A DNA stretch of 53,675 nucleotides from an uncultured Alphaproteobacteria bacterium (GCA_944393715.1 CALYBB010000050.1:1-53675); one strand, 5' to 3'. Shown: positions 18,254 through 28,794, counted from the stretch's first letter. The notes: a model not told the origin generated them from the letters alone. Translations and numbers: made by a program.

Positions 18254-19960
18254 ATGTTTGATACACCGCTGTTTCAGGAACATATTTTTGAAAACATTTT
18301 AAGATTTAATTGGATGACTCTAAGCAGCCGCCTGTGGTTGCCTTGGTTGCTTATTGTCGGTGCAGTGTTGGCGTTGTCGGTCTGGCTTTTGCGTCGTCAG
18401 CTGAAAGACATTTCTTGTGCCGATGTGTTTTATCAGAAAAATTGGCTTTTCAACCGCCGTTCAATCAAAGATTGGTTGGGAGCGGCATTTCTGGCGGTTG
18501 CATTCATCCTGACCGGCATATACGTTTTTTCAACCGAAAATTCTTTTTTTGAAAGTTTTGATACGATGGGCTTTGGCACCATGCGCAGTCTAAAGTACGG
18601 TGTTGTTCCAAATTTTGATTATATTCGCGTTGCGCCGCTGGCTTTTTGGAATTTAAGCACCCTGTATGCCATCACACAAAATATGTTTGTGATCAAATCG
18701 TTTTTGTTACTTCAACTGGCAGCGGCGGTCGCCTGCATGTATTTCTTTTTTAGCTATATTCCAACGTGTAGACGGCTTGTCTTTCTGGCCGTGCTGTTAT
18801 TAACGCCGGCTATGTTGCAAACAGCACAGATTATTTATCCGGATCGAGACATTATCATTACTCTGATGCTGAGCTTTATTTGTCTGCGTTATTTTTGCCA
18901 AAATAAAAGATTCCGTTGGCTGGCCGGTTTTTTGTTTTTTATGATAGCCGCCATATACACCAAAGAAACCTGCGTCTTGTTTTATAGCGGAATTCTGATT
19001 GCGGCACTGTTGTGGCGTATATGGAATGAAGATATTGTTTTGAAGAGTTTTATACATCCTTTACAAACCATAAAAAAAATGCCGCTGGAATTTTTAATAT
19101 TCATCGGGTTACTGTCGTATCTTATTATTTATTCCCTTTTAACGCCGCCGACATCAAAAAACATCTATATAATGGATAACAGCAATTATGGTTTTCAAGA
19201 AATCCTGCGTTATTACTGGTTTGAGCTGGTTTTGCTTGCAGCTACTTTTGTGATGTTATTGAGATCAATGTTTCGGAACTTAGCTTCTTCGGTCAATCCG
19301 ATGTTTCGTGACGGCGGATTCTTATTGGGCGGAATAACTGTCGCGGCGGGTATTTTGATGCTGCACCTGATTCCGACAAGCTGGCATCTTATCGGACGAA
19401 CATACTATCTTTTGTTGCCGGTGCTTTTTGCGTTGGCATGGATATTCAAAAATATTCATCGGCCAATCGTATTAGTACTTATTGTCGCGGCTGTTTTGGC
19501 CTATTCTCTGAAAACAAATATGGCGTGTTATGAAAGAGAAGAAGGGCTATATTACCGTCAGGTTGCCGACTTTATGGCCAAAAAGATAAAAGAAAATAAG
19601 AGAAAAACAACCAGTATATTTTTAATTGAAAGGCCGTCGGAATTAGGAAGAGCTTTGTGGGGCGAGGAATGCTGGAGCTCTGTTTATCATTATTATTTTT
19701 ATCCGTATCAGGTTGTTTTCAAATCAAATATCTACGGCAAAAAAGATTTACCATCAATAATTTTGCGAGAGGTTAAGTTGAAGCAACTTAAAAGTTTGTT
19801 TTTTCCCATAGTAACGCAAGACAAGCCTTCCAGCGGTGATTGGGTTATCATTCACAAGCAAAATAAAGAGCCTAAAACCATGGACATTATTCGTTCTTTG
19901 CCCAAAAATCCGGTTTACGAAAACAAATTGTTCCGAATATATCATGCGGAAAATAATTAA
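18254..19960 (+). CDS. Polytopic membrane protein, probable GT-C fold glycosyltransferase
   Basis: About 11-12 TM; AIYTKET motif; soluble C-terminal domain; located in a GT2 cluster. Confidence 0.6.
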   Translation: MFDTPLFQEHIFENILRFNWMTLSSRLWLPWLLIVGAVLALSVWLLRRQLKDISCADVFYQKNWLFNRRSIKDWLGAAFLAVAFILTGIYVFSTENSFFESFDTMGFGTMRSLKYGVVPNFDYIRVAPLAFWNLSTLYAITQNMFVIKSFLLLQLAAAVACMYFFFSYIPTCRRLVFLAVLLLTPAMLQTAQIIYPDRDIIITLMLSFICLRYFCQNKRFRWLAGFLFFMIAAIYTKETCVLFYSGILIAALLWRIWNEDIVLKSFIHPLQTIKKMPLEFLIFIGLLSYLIIYSLLTPPTSKNIYIMDNSNYGFQEILRYYWFELVLLAATFVMLLRSMFRNLASSVNPMFRDGGFLLGGITVAAGILMLHLIPTSWHLIGRTYYLLLPVLFALAWIFKNIHRPIVLVLIVAAVLAYSLKTNMACYEREEGLYYRQVADFMAKKIKENKRKTTSIFLIERPSELGRALWGEECWSSVYHYYFYPYQVVFKSNIYGKKDLPSIILREVKLKQLKSLFFPIVTQDKPSSGDWVIIHKQNKEPKTMDIIRSLPKNPVYENKLFRIYHAENN

Positions 19961-19984
19961 AATTAAAAATATCACGGCGGAAAG

Positions 19985-21121
19985 ATGCTTGATTTTCTAT
20001 TCAAAATATCAAATCAAAAAATCAAAGAGTTATTGAAAAAGGCCAATGATTTTTATAATCAAAAAGATTTTGCCCGCGCCGCCGGAATATATCGGAAAAT
20101 ACTTAAAGCGGATCCTTTGTATTTCGCAGCTTTAGCTAATCTTGCCGTATCATATTTTGAGTTGAAAGATTATAAAGCTGCGCGGCCTTTGTTTGAAAAA
20201 TTATGCCGCGAAGATGCGAATAATCCGTGGTGGCATAATTATCTGTCTCAGGTTTGTCAGCAAACCGGTCATTTACCTGAAGCCCTTGAGGAAGCATGGC
20301 AGGCGGTTGTTTTAAGCGACGGTCAAAAAGAGCATCAGTTAAATTTGGCTTATACCATTTACGAAACGGCGGATATGGGCGGTCGTTCTGCCGTAGATTC
20401 CGTCCTTCGGCAATGGCGCCGCAAATATCCACGCAATGCCATAGTTCGGCAGAGTTACAAATCTTTTTATCCCGATGCCGAATTTACCTGTTCTGAGGCG
20501 GAATATGTCGAAGAGTTGTTTGATGTTTTTGCGCCTGATTTTGATGCCGTTTTGGCCGATTTGCATTATCGCTCGCCGCAAGATATAGCGTCGCTGTTGG
20601 CAGCATTTTTTTCTAAAAATATTTTGCAAAAAAAACAGATTCTCGACCTTGGTTGCGGCAGCGGTTTATGTGCACAGGAAATTGCCGCCAAACTGCCGAA
20701 CGGTTGTTTTACCGGAATAGATATTTCCGGTGGCATGTTGCGGGAAGCTCAAAAGAAAAATATTTATAACAGATTGATTAAATGCAATATTTTTGACTGT
20801 GATAAAATTTTAAAACAACGGTTTGATATTGTGGTTGCAGCAGATGTCTTGACATATTTCGGCGAATTAAAGAAGTTTTTTGCCGTTGTTCGAAAAATGC
20901 TGCCGCAAGGCGGAGTTTTTGCCTTTACCGTTTCAGAAAACATGGTTAATCAAAAAGACTTTTTTTTAATGCCTTCATCACGTTTTGTCCATAGAGCGGA
21001 ATACGTTGAAAAATCCTTGCTGGAGCTTGGTTTTTCAATCCTTGAAAACAAACATGAAGTCTTGCGGGAGGAGGGTGGAAAAAAAGTTTTCGGCAGGATA
21101 TTTTTGGCTGTCGTAAAATAA
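19985..21121 (+). CDS. TPR repeat plus class I SAM methyltransferase
   Basis: N-terminal TPR-like helices; YVEELFDVFAPDFD..L..LHY, ILDLGCGSG and AADVLTYFG. Confidence 0.9.
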   Translation: MLDFLFKISNQKIKELLKKANDFYNQKDFARAAGIYRKILKADPLYFAALANLAVSYFELKDYKAARPLFEKLCREDANNPWWHNYLSQVCQQTGHLPEALEEAWQAVVLSDGQKEHQLNLAYTIYETADMGGRSAVDSVLRQWRRKYPRNAIVRQSYKSFYPDAEFTCSEAEYVEELFDVFAPDFDAVLADLHYRSPQDIASLLAAFFSKNILQKKQILDLGCGSGLCAQEIAAKLPNGCFTGIDISGGMLREAQKKNIYNRLIKCNIFDCDKILKQRFDIVVAADVLTYFGELKKFFAVVRKMLPQGGVFAFTVSENMVNQKDFFLMPSSRFVHRAEYVEKSLLELGFSILENKHEVLREEGGKKVFGRIFLAVVK

Positions 21122-21150
21122 AAAAAATCTCCGCCTCACGACGGAGATTT
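21120..21150. terminator. Terminator between convergent genes
   Basis: aaatctccg-cctcacga-cggagattt stem with flanking A-run. Confidence 0.75.
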
Positions 21151-21171
21151 CACTTCAGAAAAAAGCAAAAA

Positions 21172-21390
21172 TTACTTTGATTTTTTCGCGGAAGATTTCT
21201 TTGCGGAAGATTTTTTTGCGCAAGAAGATGTCTTGGAAGAAGACGATTTTTTAGCGCAGGAAGACTTACCGCATTTTGAAAGCTGCTCAACAGCCATCGA
21301 CCAGAAATATTCATCCTGACCAGATGGGCAGCCGGCATTTTGCCAGATATAATAAGCAGCTTCTCTGATAGCTTGTTCATTGTTTACCAT
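21172..21390 (-). CDS. DUF2934-like small protein with Lys/Ser/Cys-rich histone-like tail
   Basis: IREAAYYIWQNAGCPSGQDEYFW..A motif; tail CGKSSCAKKSSSSKTSSCAKKSSAKKSSAKKSK. Confidence 0.85.
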   Translation of the reverse strand: MVNNEQAIREAAYYIWQNAGCPSGQDEYFWSMAVEQLSKCGKSSCAKKSSSSKTSSCAKKSSAKKSSAKKSK

Positions 21391-21634
21391 AATCACTAAC
21401 TCCAAATAAAATTCAATAAACACTATTCAATATACATACAAAATTTTATCCGTCAATACTTAATCAAAAATAATGCCAAAAAAAGTCAAAAAAAATTTTT
21501 TTGGTAACGAATTTTCGGATTGTTTTTTAATTAAAGCTTGCATTTAAATTGATTAGAAATTATAGATATTTTAAGAAGCGCAAACCGATCAGGAAAACGC
21601 TGCTAATTATGTTGTTAAATTTAAGGAAAAATTC

Positions 21635-23827
21635 ATGCAGAATTTATTATCAAAAGAGGAAATGGAAGCCGTTATCAATGGCGATTACAGCAATATTTTT
21701 GCCGTTTTAGGCATACATAAAAACAAAGGCTCTAAAGAGGTCTTTGTCCGTGCTTACCAACCGCATTCAACATCGGTTGAAGTGCTGGACGGCAGCGGAA
21801 ATTCATTGGGAATGATGACCAAACTTGACGAACGCGGATTTTACCAAATTGAGCTCGGTCGCACGGATGATTTTGATTATAAATTCCGCATCACAAATGA
21901 TCAAAACTATACATATATCGCCGAGGATGTTTATCGCTTTGGGCCAACATTGGGTGATATGGATATTTATCTTTTGGCCGAGGGCAGCCATCTTGAGATG
22001 TACAAAAAACTCGGTGCGCATATCCGCGAGATGGAAGGAGTCAAAGGCGTCAGCTTTGCCGTTTGGGCACCTAATGCCAAACGCGTCAGCGTCGTCGGCG
22101 CTTTCAACAACTGGGATGGTCGTGTCAATGTTATGCGCAAGCATCCTTCCTGCGGCGTATGGGATATTTTTATCCCCGGCATCGGCGAGGGCGAACTTTA
22201 TAAGTTCGAGATAAAGACACAAAACGACAACATTTTTCTAAAAGCCGATCCGGTCGCCTTTTATGCCGAAAAGCGCCCCAACACGGCCTCTGTTGTTTAT
22301 GATCTGAATCATTATCTTTGGAACGATGCCGAGTGGATGAATTATCGCCGCGACCACAACTCTTTTGATCGTCCGATGTCTGTTTATGAGGTTCATCTTG
22401 GTTCATGGCGTCGCAAAGAAGGAAACGAATACCTGACTTATCGAGAACTGGCAGACAGTTTAATTCCTTATGTTTCCAATATGGGCTTTACCCATGTTGA
22501 ATTTTTACCGGTAGCCGAACATCCGCTGGATGCATCTTGGGGTTACCAGGTTATCGGTATGTTTGCACCGACATCGCGTTTCGGGACGCCGGATGATTTT
22601 CGCTATTTGATTGACAAATTTCATCAAGCCGGCATCAGCGTCATCATGGACTGGGTTCCGGCGCATTTTCCGAAAGACGCCCACGGGCTGAATGAATTTG
22701 ACGGCACCCATCTTTATGAACATGCCGATCCGCGCAAGGGCGAGCATGCTGATTGGGGAACCAAGATCTATAATTACGGCCGCGCCGAGGTCTCGAATTT
22801 CCTTTGTGCCAGCGCGCTTTATTGGCTAAAGGAATACCACGTGGACGGCTTGCGGGTTGATGCAGTTGCTTCAATGCTATACTTAGACTATTCGCGCAAA
22901 AACGGTGAATGGATTCCCAACCAATACGGCGGCAACGAAAATATTGAGGCCATTGCTTTTCTGCGTCGCATGAATGAATTGGCCTATTCTCAGGTCGATG
23001 GTGCCATAACCATTGCCGAAGAATCAACCGCATGGCCGATGGTTTCCAGACCGACGTCAATGGGCGGTTTGGGCTTTGGCTATAAATGGAACATGGGGTG
23101 GATGAACGACACGCTGCGCTATATTTCGCATGAGCCGGTGCATCGCAAATATCATCACGGTATGCTCACTTTTGGGTTGCTATATGCCTTTAATGAAAAT
23201 TTTATTTTGCCGATCTCGCATGACGAAGTTGTCCACGGCAAGGGATCAATGTTGTCCAAAATGCCCGGCGATGAGTGGCAGAAATTTGCCAATCTGCGTG
23301 CTTATTACGGTTTTATGTACACCCATCCGGGGAAAAAATTGCTGTTTATGGGGTGCGATTTTGGGCAGGATTATGAGTGGAATTCGGAAGAGGGACTGCG
23401 TTGGTTTTTGCTGGACTATCCTATGTATAAGGGGCTGCAAAACTGCGTTCGGGATCTAAACTTGATGTACAAGGGAAATGCGCCGCTCTATCAGCAGGAT
23501 TTTGATTACCGCGGTTTTGAATGGATTGATCATTCCAATGCCGATGACAGTGTTGTTTCCTACATGCGCAAAGGTTACAACCCTGGAGATTATCTGATCG
23601 CCGTGTGCAATTTTACGCCGGTCGTACGCAACAATTACCGCATTGGTGTTCCGGAAGAAATCCAATATCAAGAAATTTTTAATAGTGATGACGTAAACTA
23701 CTGGGGAAGTGGCGTTAAGAATGAAGGTTTTATGCAGGCAGAGGCCAAAGAATGCAACTATAAACCGTATTCAATCAATCTGACGCTTCCGCCGTTGTCA
23801 ACGATTGTTCTTAAGCCTGTCCGCTGA
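21635..23827 (+). CDS. glgB: 1,4-alpha-glucan branching enzyme
   Basis: FAVWAPNA, YEVHLGSW, DGLRVDAVASMLY, AEESTAW and SHDEVVHGK. Confidence 0.98.
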   Translation: MQNLLSKEEMEAVINGDYSNIFAVLGIHKNKGSKEVFVRAYQPHSTSVEVLDGSGNSLGMMTKLDERGFYQIELGRTDDFDYKFRITNDQNYTYIAEDVYRFGPTLGDMDIYLLAEGSHLEMYKKLGAHIREMEGVKGVSFAVWAPNAKRVSVVGAFNNWDGRVNVMRKHPSCGVWDIFIPGIGEGELYKFEIKTQNDNIFLKADPVAFYAEKRPNTASVVYDLNHYLWNDAEWMNYRRDHNSFDRPMSVYEVHLGSWRRKEGNEYLTYRELADSLIPYVSNMGFTHVEFLPVAEHPLDASWGYQVIGMFAPTSRFGTPDDFRYLIDKFHQAGISVIMDWVPAHFPKDAHGLNEFDGTHLYEHADPRKGEHADWGTKIYNYGRAEVSNFLCASALYWLKEYHVDGLRVDAVASMLYLDYSRKNGEWIPNQYGGNENIEAIAFLRRMNELAYSQVDGAITIAEESTAWPMVSRPTSMGGLGFGYKWNMGWMNDTLRYISHEPVHRKYHHGMLTFGLLYAFNENFILPISHDEVVHGKGSMLSKMPGDEWQKFANLRAYYGFMYTHPGKKLLFMGCDFGQDYEWNSEEGLRWFLLDYPMYKGLQNCVRDLNLMYKGNAPLYQQDFDYRGFEWIDHSNADDSVVSYMRKGYNPGDYLIAVCNFTPVVRNNYRIGVPEEIQYQEIFNSDDVNYWGSGVKNEGFMQAEAKECNYKPYSINLTLPPLSTIVLKPVR

Positions 23828-23843
23828 AAAATAAGGAGGCCGT

Positions 23844-25922
23844 ATGGCGAGATTTAGGTCATTTTCCGGTTCGCCGGTTCCGCTCGGATCATCTTATGAT
23901 GGTCAAGGAGTGAATTTTGCCCTATTTTCGGCGCATGCCTCTAAAGTAGAACTCTGTTTGTTTGATGCCAGCGGATCAGAAGAATTGGAACGTTACGCAA
24001 TTACGGAAAATACCGACGGCATCTGGCATATTTATTTATCACAGGCCAAGCCCGATCTGGTCTATGGCTACAGAGTCTATGGTCCGTACAAACCGTCGGA
24101 AGGTATGCGCTTTAATCCAAACAAGCTGCTGATAGATCCCTACGGCAAAAAGCTCGTCGGCACATTGATCTGGAATAAAGCCATCTTCGGCTACGATATC
24201 GACAGTCCCGAAAAAGATTTGTCTTTTTCGCCGTTGGATTCAGCACCGTATGTTCCCAAATCGGTTGTGGTTGATGACAATGCCTATAATTGGGAAGGCG
24301 ACAAAACGTTGCTATATCCGTTAAGCAAGAGCGTTATTTACGAAGCGCATCTGCGCGGTTCGACCAGACTCAGCCCCTTTTTGCCGGATTCCAAACGGGG
24401 AACCTTTGCCGGTTTTGCGGAAGATTCGACGATCAATTATCTGAAACATTTAGGAATTACGGCGGTAGAATTTCTTCCTGTTCATGCTTTTTTTGGCAAC
24501 CGGCACAAGCGTGGATATATTATTGATAATTATTGGGGCTATGAAAGTTTTAGTTTTTTCGCACCGGAACAATCATACCTTGCAACAGGGGATTTTGACG
24601 AAATCCGCGACATGGTCAAAAAGCTTCACGCTCACGGCATCGAAGTAATCTTGGATGTCGTTTACAATCACACCGGCGAAGGCAACCATTTGGGACCGAC
24701 TTTGTGCTATCGCGGCATTGATAATGCCTCTTACTACGTGCTTAATCCGGATAACCGCCGTTTATACATGGACACGACCGGTTGCGGCGCCTCTTTAAAT
24801 TTGCAAAACCCGAACGTTATTCGTCTGGTAATGGATTCTCTGCGCTATTGGGTTGAAAAAATACACATTGACGGTTTTCGTTTTGATCTGGCAACGACGC
24901 TCTGCCGCCGTGATGGGGAGTTTAAACAAACAAGTGGCTTTTTATATGCTGTGGCGCAGGATGAGGTCTTGCGGAGAGTTAAACTGATTGCTGAACCATG
25001 GGATGTCGGAGTAGGTGGCTACCGGCTGGGGGCGTTTTTACCCGGTTGGGCTGAATGGAACGATAAATACCGCGATAACATCCGCCGCTTTTGGAAAGGA
25101 GATCCGGGGCAGGTTGCCGAACTGGCATCGCGTCTGACCGGCTCCAGCGAGATCTTTAATCATAACAATCGCTCAATTTCCTCAAGCATCAATTTTATTA
25201 CCGCGCATGACGGTTTCACACTGAATGATCTCGTCAGCTACAACATAAAACATAATATGGCCAACGGTGAAAATAACCGCGACGGAACGGATTCAAACTG
25301 GAGCTGGAACTCCGGTGTCGAAGGAGAAAGCAACAATGCCGTAATCATCAAAAACCGCCGCGATCGCTCACGCGCCATGCTGGCAACCCTAATGCTGTCT
25401 TTTGGCACGCCGATGCTGGTTTTTGGTGATGAATTTATGCGTAGTCAGCTGGGCAACAACAATCCTTATTGCCAAGACAACGCTATTACTTGGGTAACAT
25501 GGGAAGGAATTTCGGCAGCGCAAAAGCAGATGATCGGCTTTGTTCGCCGATTAATCCGTCTGCGGCATAAGCTCAAAATTTTTGACCGTAGCCGTTTCTT
25601 TACTGGAAAGGTTGTTGATACCTGCGGGAACAAAGATTTAGCATGGTATACCGAAACGGGCAAAGAGTTTTCAGAAAGCGATTGGCACGATGCCAATCGG
25701 CGGACGTTGTCCTATTTGGTTAAAAACGGTAAAGAATTTGTGCTGGCAATTTTTAATGCTGATTATCAAAAAAAAGAATGGAAATTGCCGACTGTCGGAG
25801 AAAAAAAATCATGGTCGTTGCTTTTGGATACTTCAGAAACATTTGCCGATAAAGATAAACTCTGTGCGGGAAAAACTGTTTTAGTTCCGGCTTGGAGTGT
25901 TTTATTAATTGAGATCAAATAG
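23844..25922 (+). CDS. glgX: Glycogen debranching enzyme
   Basis: GVNFALFSAHA, NYWGY, DGFRFDLA, AEPWD and FITAHDGFTL. Confidence 0.97.
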   Translation: MARFRSFSGSPVPLGSSYDGQGVNFALFSAHASKVELCLFDASGSEELERYAITENTDGIWHIYLSQAKPDLVYGYRVYGPYKPSEGMRFNPNKLLIDPYGKKLVGTLIWNKAIFGYDIDSPEKDLSFSPLDSAPYVPKSVVVDDNAYNWEGDKTLLYPLSKSVIYEAHLRGSTRLSPFLPDSKRGTFAGFAEDSTINYLKHLGITAVEFLPVHAFFGNRHKRGYIIDNYWGYESFSFFAPEQSYLATGDFDEIRDMVKKLHAHGIEVILDVVYNHTGEGNHLGPTLCYRGIDNASYYVLNPDNRRLYMDTTGCGASLNLQNPNVIRLVMDSLRYWVEKIHIDGFRFDLATTLCRRDGEFKQTSGFLYAVAQDEVLRRVKLIAEPWDVGVGGYRLGAFLPGWAEWNDKYRDNIRRFWKGDPGQVAELASRLTGSSEIFNHNNRSISSSINFITAHDGFTLNDLVSYNIKHNMANGENNRDGTDSNWSWNSGVEGESNNAVIIKNRRDRSRAMLATLMLSFGTPMLVFGDEFMRSQLGNNNPYCQDNAITWVTWEGISAAQKQMIGFVRRLIRLRHKLKIFDRSRFFTGKVVDTCGNKDLAWYTETGKEFSESDWHDANRRTLSYLVKNGKEFVLAIFNADYQKKEWKLPTVGEKKSWSLLLDTSETFADKDKLCAGKTVLVPAWSVLLIEIK

Positions 25923-25931
25923 GAGAAACAG

Positions 25932-28055
25932 ATGGACGAAAATCTGCAAAAACTGGCTGAAAAAGCAGGCATCGCTGTTTCTTTTTCAGATGCGGGACTA
26001 CAGCATCGAAATTACGAAGTTGATGAAAAGACCATCAGATTTTTTCTTAAAGCACTCGGATATCCGGCCGATACGGATAGTCAGATTAAAACGTCGTCGG
26101 AGCGTTTGGAAAAACGCCGTTGGCAAACGGTATTGCAGCCGATATACACTTGCCGGCAAAACAATGTGATAATCGATATAGTCGCAGAAGATTTATCAAA
26201 CATTAATTTAAGAGTACGGAATGCTTCGGGATGCGATTACGAATTAGGCTATGAGTATCAGCGCAACGCAGTGAACTTTGGACGTCTTTACAAAGAAGAT
26301 TTGAAAATCACCACGTCGTTGGATATCGGTTATTATGATTTAACGGCAACCGTCGGCGGCAAAGATTTTAAGACGCTTTTGGCTGTTGCACCGGACAAAT
26401 GCTATAATGCACTGCCGCCGGAAAAAAAATTGTGGGGTTTTGCGCTTCAGCTTTATTCCGTCAAGAGCAAACGCAACTGGGGCATTGGCGATTTTACCGA
26501 TTTAAAAAATTTTATCAGACTCTGTCAAAAATCCGGTGCCGATGTCATAGGTGTAAACCCCCTGAATGTCTTGAGTCATGACTATCCGGAAGAAGCCAGT
26601 CCATACGCTTCTACCTCACGGCAGTATCTTAATCCGATTTATATAGATATCGAGGCAGTTCCGGAATTCAATCCGGCAGATGCGGCACAATTTAAAGATC
26701 GTCTTGATGAATTACGCGCCTCTCCGCTGATTAACTATACGGACATCTATGAATTAAAGATCAAAATGCTGGAAAAATGTTTTGCTCGTTTTAGCAAGAA
26801 TAAGGATTCTGAGCGGCAGCACGCTTATGATGAGTTCTGCCTCAGTCAAGGCGAAAGTTTGCAGCGTTTGGCTGTTTTTCAAGCATTGTATGAGCAGCAA
26901 ACCAAAACCGTTTGGGGTGGATGGCGGGCATGGCCGAAAGAATACCGTTCGCCAACAACCCTCGGAACCAGAAAATTCGCAGCAGAAAACAAAACAAGAA
27001 TTGAATTTTTCAAATTCATGCAATTTGAGGCGGCTCGTCAGTTGAATGAGGTAGGCACCGAAAGCAAAGCTTGCGGGTTGCGAATAGGACTTTATTGTGA
27101 TCTGGCGGTCGGTGTTGGCCGCGACAGCGCCGAAAATTGGAGCAATACGGGGCTTTTTATTAAAGACGCAGGAGCCGGTGCGCCGCCGGATGCTTTTTTT
27201 TCCAGCGGGCAAAAATGGGGATTGGGTGCTTTTTTGCCGCGAGAACTTAAAGAGCAAAAATACCAGCCTTTTATCAGAATCTTGCGCGCCAATATGCAAA
27301 ATGCCGGCGCTTTGCGTATAGATCATGTGATGAGCTTGATGCGGCTGTACATTATTCCTGATGCCGGCAATTTGGGAACTTATCTGTATTACAACTTTGA
27401 GGATATGTTAAATATTGTGGCCTTGGAAAGTTGTCTGAACAAATGTATGGTTGTCGGTGAGAGCATCGGTAATGTACCACAGGGGTTTATGGAGGCTATT
27501 CGTTCGCGGGGTATTTATTCGCTGAGTGTTTTATGGGCTGAGCGCTGGAATGATGGTCGGGGAGACTTTAAAGCGCCAGCGCAGTACCCGCCAGCGGCTT
27601 TTGCTTCTGTCGGGACACATGATATGGCGCCATTGCGGATGTGGTGGTTTGGCTATGATATTGAACTGAACTTTTCGCTGGGTATTATCAAAACGCCTGC
27701 AGAACGCGAAGGCGCTTATCATCAAAGAGAAGCAGATCGAAAAAAACTTTTGACGGCTTTAGATGAAGCCGGAGTTTGGCCGACGGACAAACCGCGTTGC
27801 GGCGATTATCTGTTTGGCGAAAAATATCCCGAAGGGATTGAGGAAGCCGTAATGCGGTTTATGGCCAAATCGGCGGCGCCGGTATTTTTGGCACAGCTTG
27901 AGGATATTTTGCACGTTGAAAAAATGCAAAATGTTCCGGGAACCGACCGTGACAAATATCCCAACTGGCGTCACAAACTTCCGGTAAATCTTGAAGATTT
28001 GCCGGAAGATCCTGCCTTCATCCGCTGCATTGATGCAATTTGTAAGGAGCGGTAA
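25932..28055 (+). CDS. malQ: 4-alpha-glucanotransferase (GH77)
   Basis: WGIGDFTDL, DLAVG, GAPPD, LRIDHVM and GTHDM. Confidence 0.96.
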   Translation: MDENLQKLAEKAGIAVSFSDAGLQHRNYEVDEKTIRFFLKALGYPADTDSQIKTSSERLEKRRWQTVLQPIYTCRQNNVIIDIVAEDLSNINLRVRNASGCDYELGYEYQRNAVNFGRLYKEDLKITTSLDIGYYDLTATVGGKDFKTLLAVAPDKCYNALPPEKKLWGFALQLYSVKSKRNWGIGDFTDLKNFIRLCQKSGADVIGVNPLNVLSHDYPEEASPYASTSRQYLNPIYIDIEAVPEFNPADAAQFKDRLDELRASPLINYTDIYELKIKMLEKCFARFSKNKDSERQHAYDEFCLSQGESLQRLAVFQALYEQQTKTVWGGWRAWPKEYRSPTTLGTRKFAAENKTRIEFFKFMQFEAARQLNEVGTESKACGLRIGLYCDLAVGVGRDSAENWSNTGLFIKDAGAGAPPDAFFSSGQKWGLGAFLPRELKEQKYQPFIRILRANMQNAGALRIDHVMSLMRLYIIPDAGNLGTYLYYNFEDMLNIVALESCLNKCMVVGESIGNVPQGFMEAIRSRGIYSLSVLWAERWNDGRGDFKAPAQYPPAAFASVGTHDMAPLRMWWFGYDIELNFSLGIIKTPAEREGAYHQREADRKKLLTALDEAGVWPTDKPRCGDYLFGEKYPEGIEEAVMRFMAKSAAPVFLAQLEDILHVEKMQNVPGTDRDKYPNWRHKLPVNLEDLPEDPAFIRCIDAICKER

Positions 28056-28690
28056 TGCAAAATAAAATACTGGTATTTGATGTGGATAATACCCTGTACT
28101 ATGCAGGAGACAAGGTTGAAGACGAGGTCAATATAAAAAGAAATCTCTTTTTTATGGAAAAATTACACCTAAGTGAGGATGAAGCGCTTGGGTTCATCAG
28201 CAAAATCCGCAAAAACAATTTGTACGAGGTCGAAGCAATAACGGATGACATGCCTTTTACCAAACAGGAGTTTATGGACGACGTGTGCGATGTTGATGTG
28301 AGCTTTTTGCCGCGCAATAAAAAGTTAAATGAGCTGCTCAAAAAACTACCGCAACGCAAATTTATCATCACCGACAGCATCATAAAACATGTGCATGATG
28401 TTTTAAAAGCAATCAACGTTGATGAAGATAATTTTGAAGATATTTTCGACGGTCATGCCATGAATTATACTTTTAAACATGATCCGCAGTGCTTTGTCAA
28501 TTTTTTGCGCCGGTATAATCTCAAGGCTCAAGACTGCCTTTTGTTTGAAGATAATCTGGACAATTTGTGCGCGGCCAAAAGTGTCGGTCTGGCCACGGTT
28601 TTAATTACCCCTGAGCCGACAAAAAAACATCCCTTCGTTGATCAATCTTTTCCGGATATTGTTACCGCATTGGCAACACTGACAAAATAA
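28055..28690 (+). CDS. HAD hydrolase, pyrimidine 5'-nucleotidase-like
   Basis: FDVDNTLY motif I; FEDNLDNL motif IV. Confidence 0.85.
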   Translation: MQNKILVFDVDNTLYYAGDKVEDEVNIKRNLFFMEKLHLSEDEALGFISKIRKNNLYEVEAITDDMPFTKQEFMDDVCDVDVSFLPRNKKLNELLKKLPQRKFIITDSIIKHVHDVLKAINVDEDNFEDIFDGHAMNYTFKHDPQCFVNFLRRYNLKAQDCLLFEDNLDNLCAAKSVGLATVLITPEPTKKHPFVDQSFPDIVTALATLTK

Positions 28691-28746
28691 TCCCAAAGGT
28701 ATAATTTTTTTTTTTTTTGTTATTGATTTTTAACTAATTCTATGTA

Positions 28747-28769
28747 TACATACTCCGTGAATGTATGTA
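28747..28769. promoter_or_regulatory. AcrR-type operator palindrome
   Basis: TACATAC-tccgtgaat-GTATGTA inverted repeat upstream of the TetR gene, overlapping the likely -10 region. Confidence 0.8.
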
Positions 28770-28794
28770 GATGTTCTTAATATGGAAGTTAAAA

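Noticed and set aside
21184-21265. Short tandem repeats resembling a mini-array
   Set aside because: They encode the AKKSS peptide repeats; there are no spacers, so this is not CRISPR
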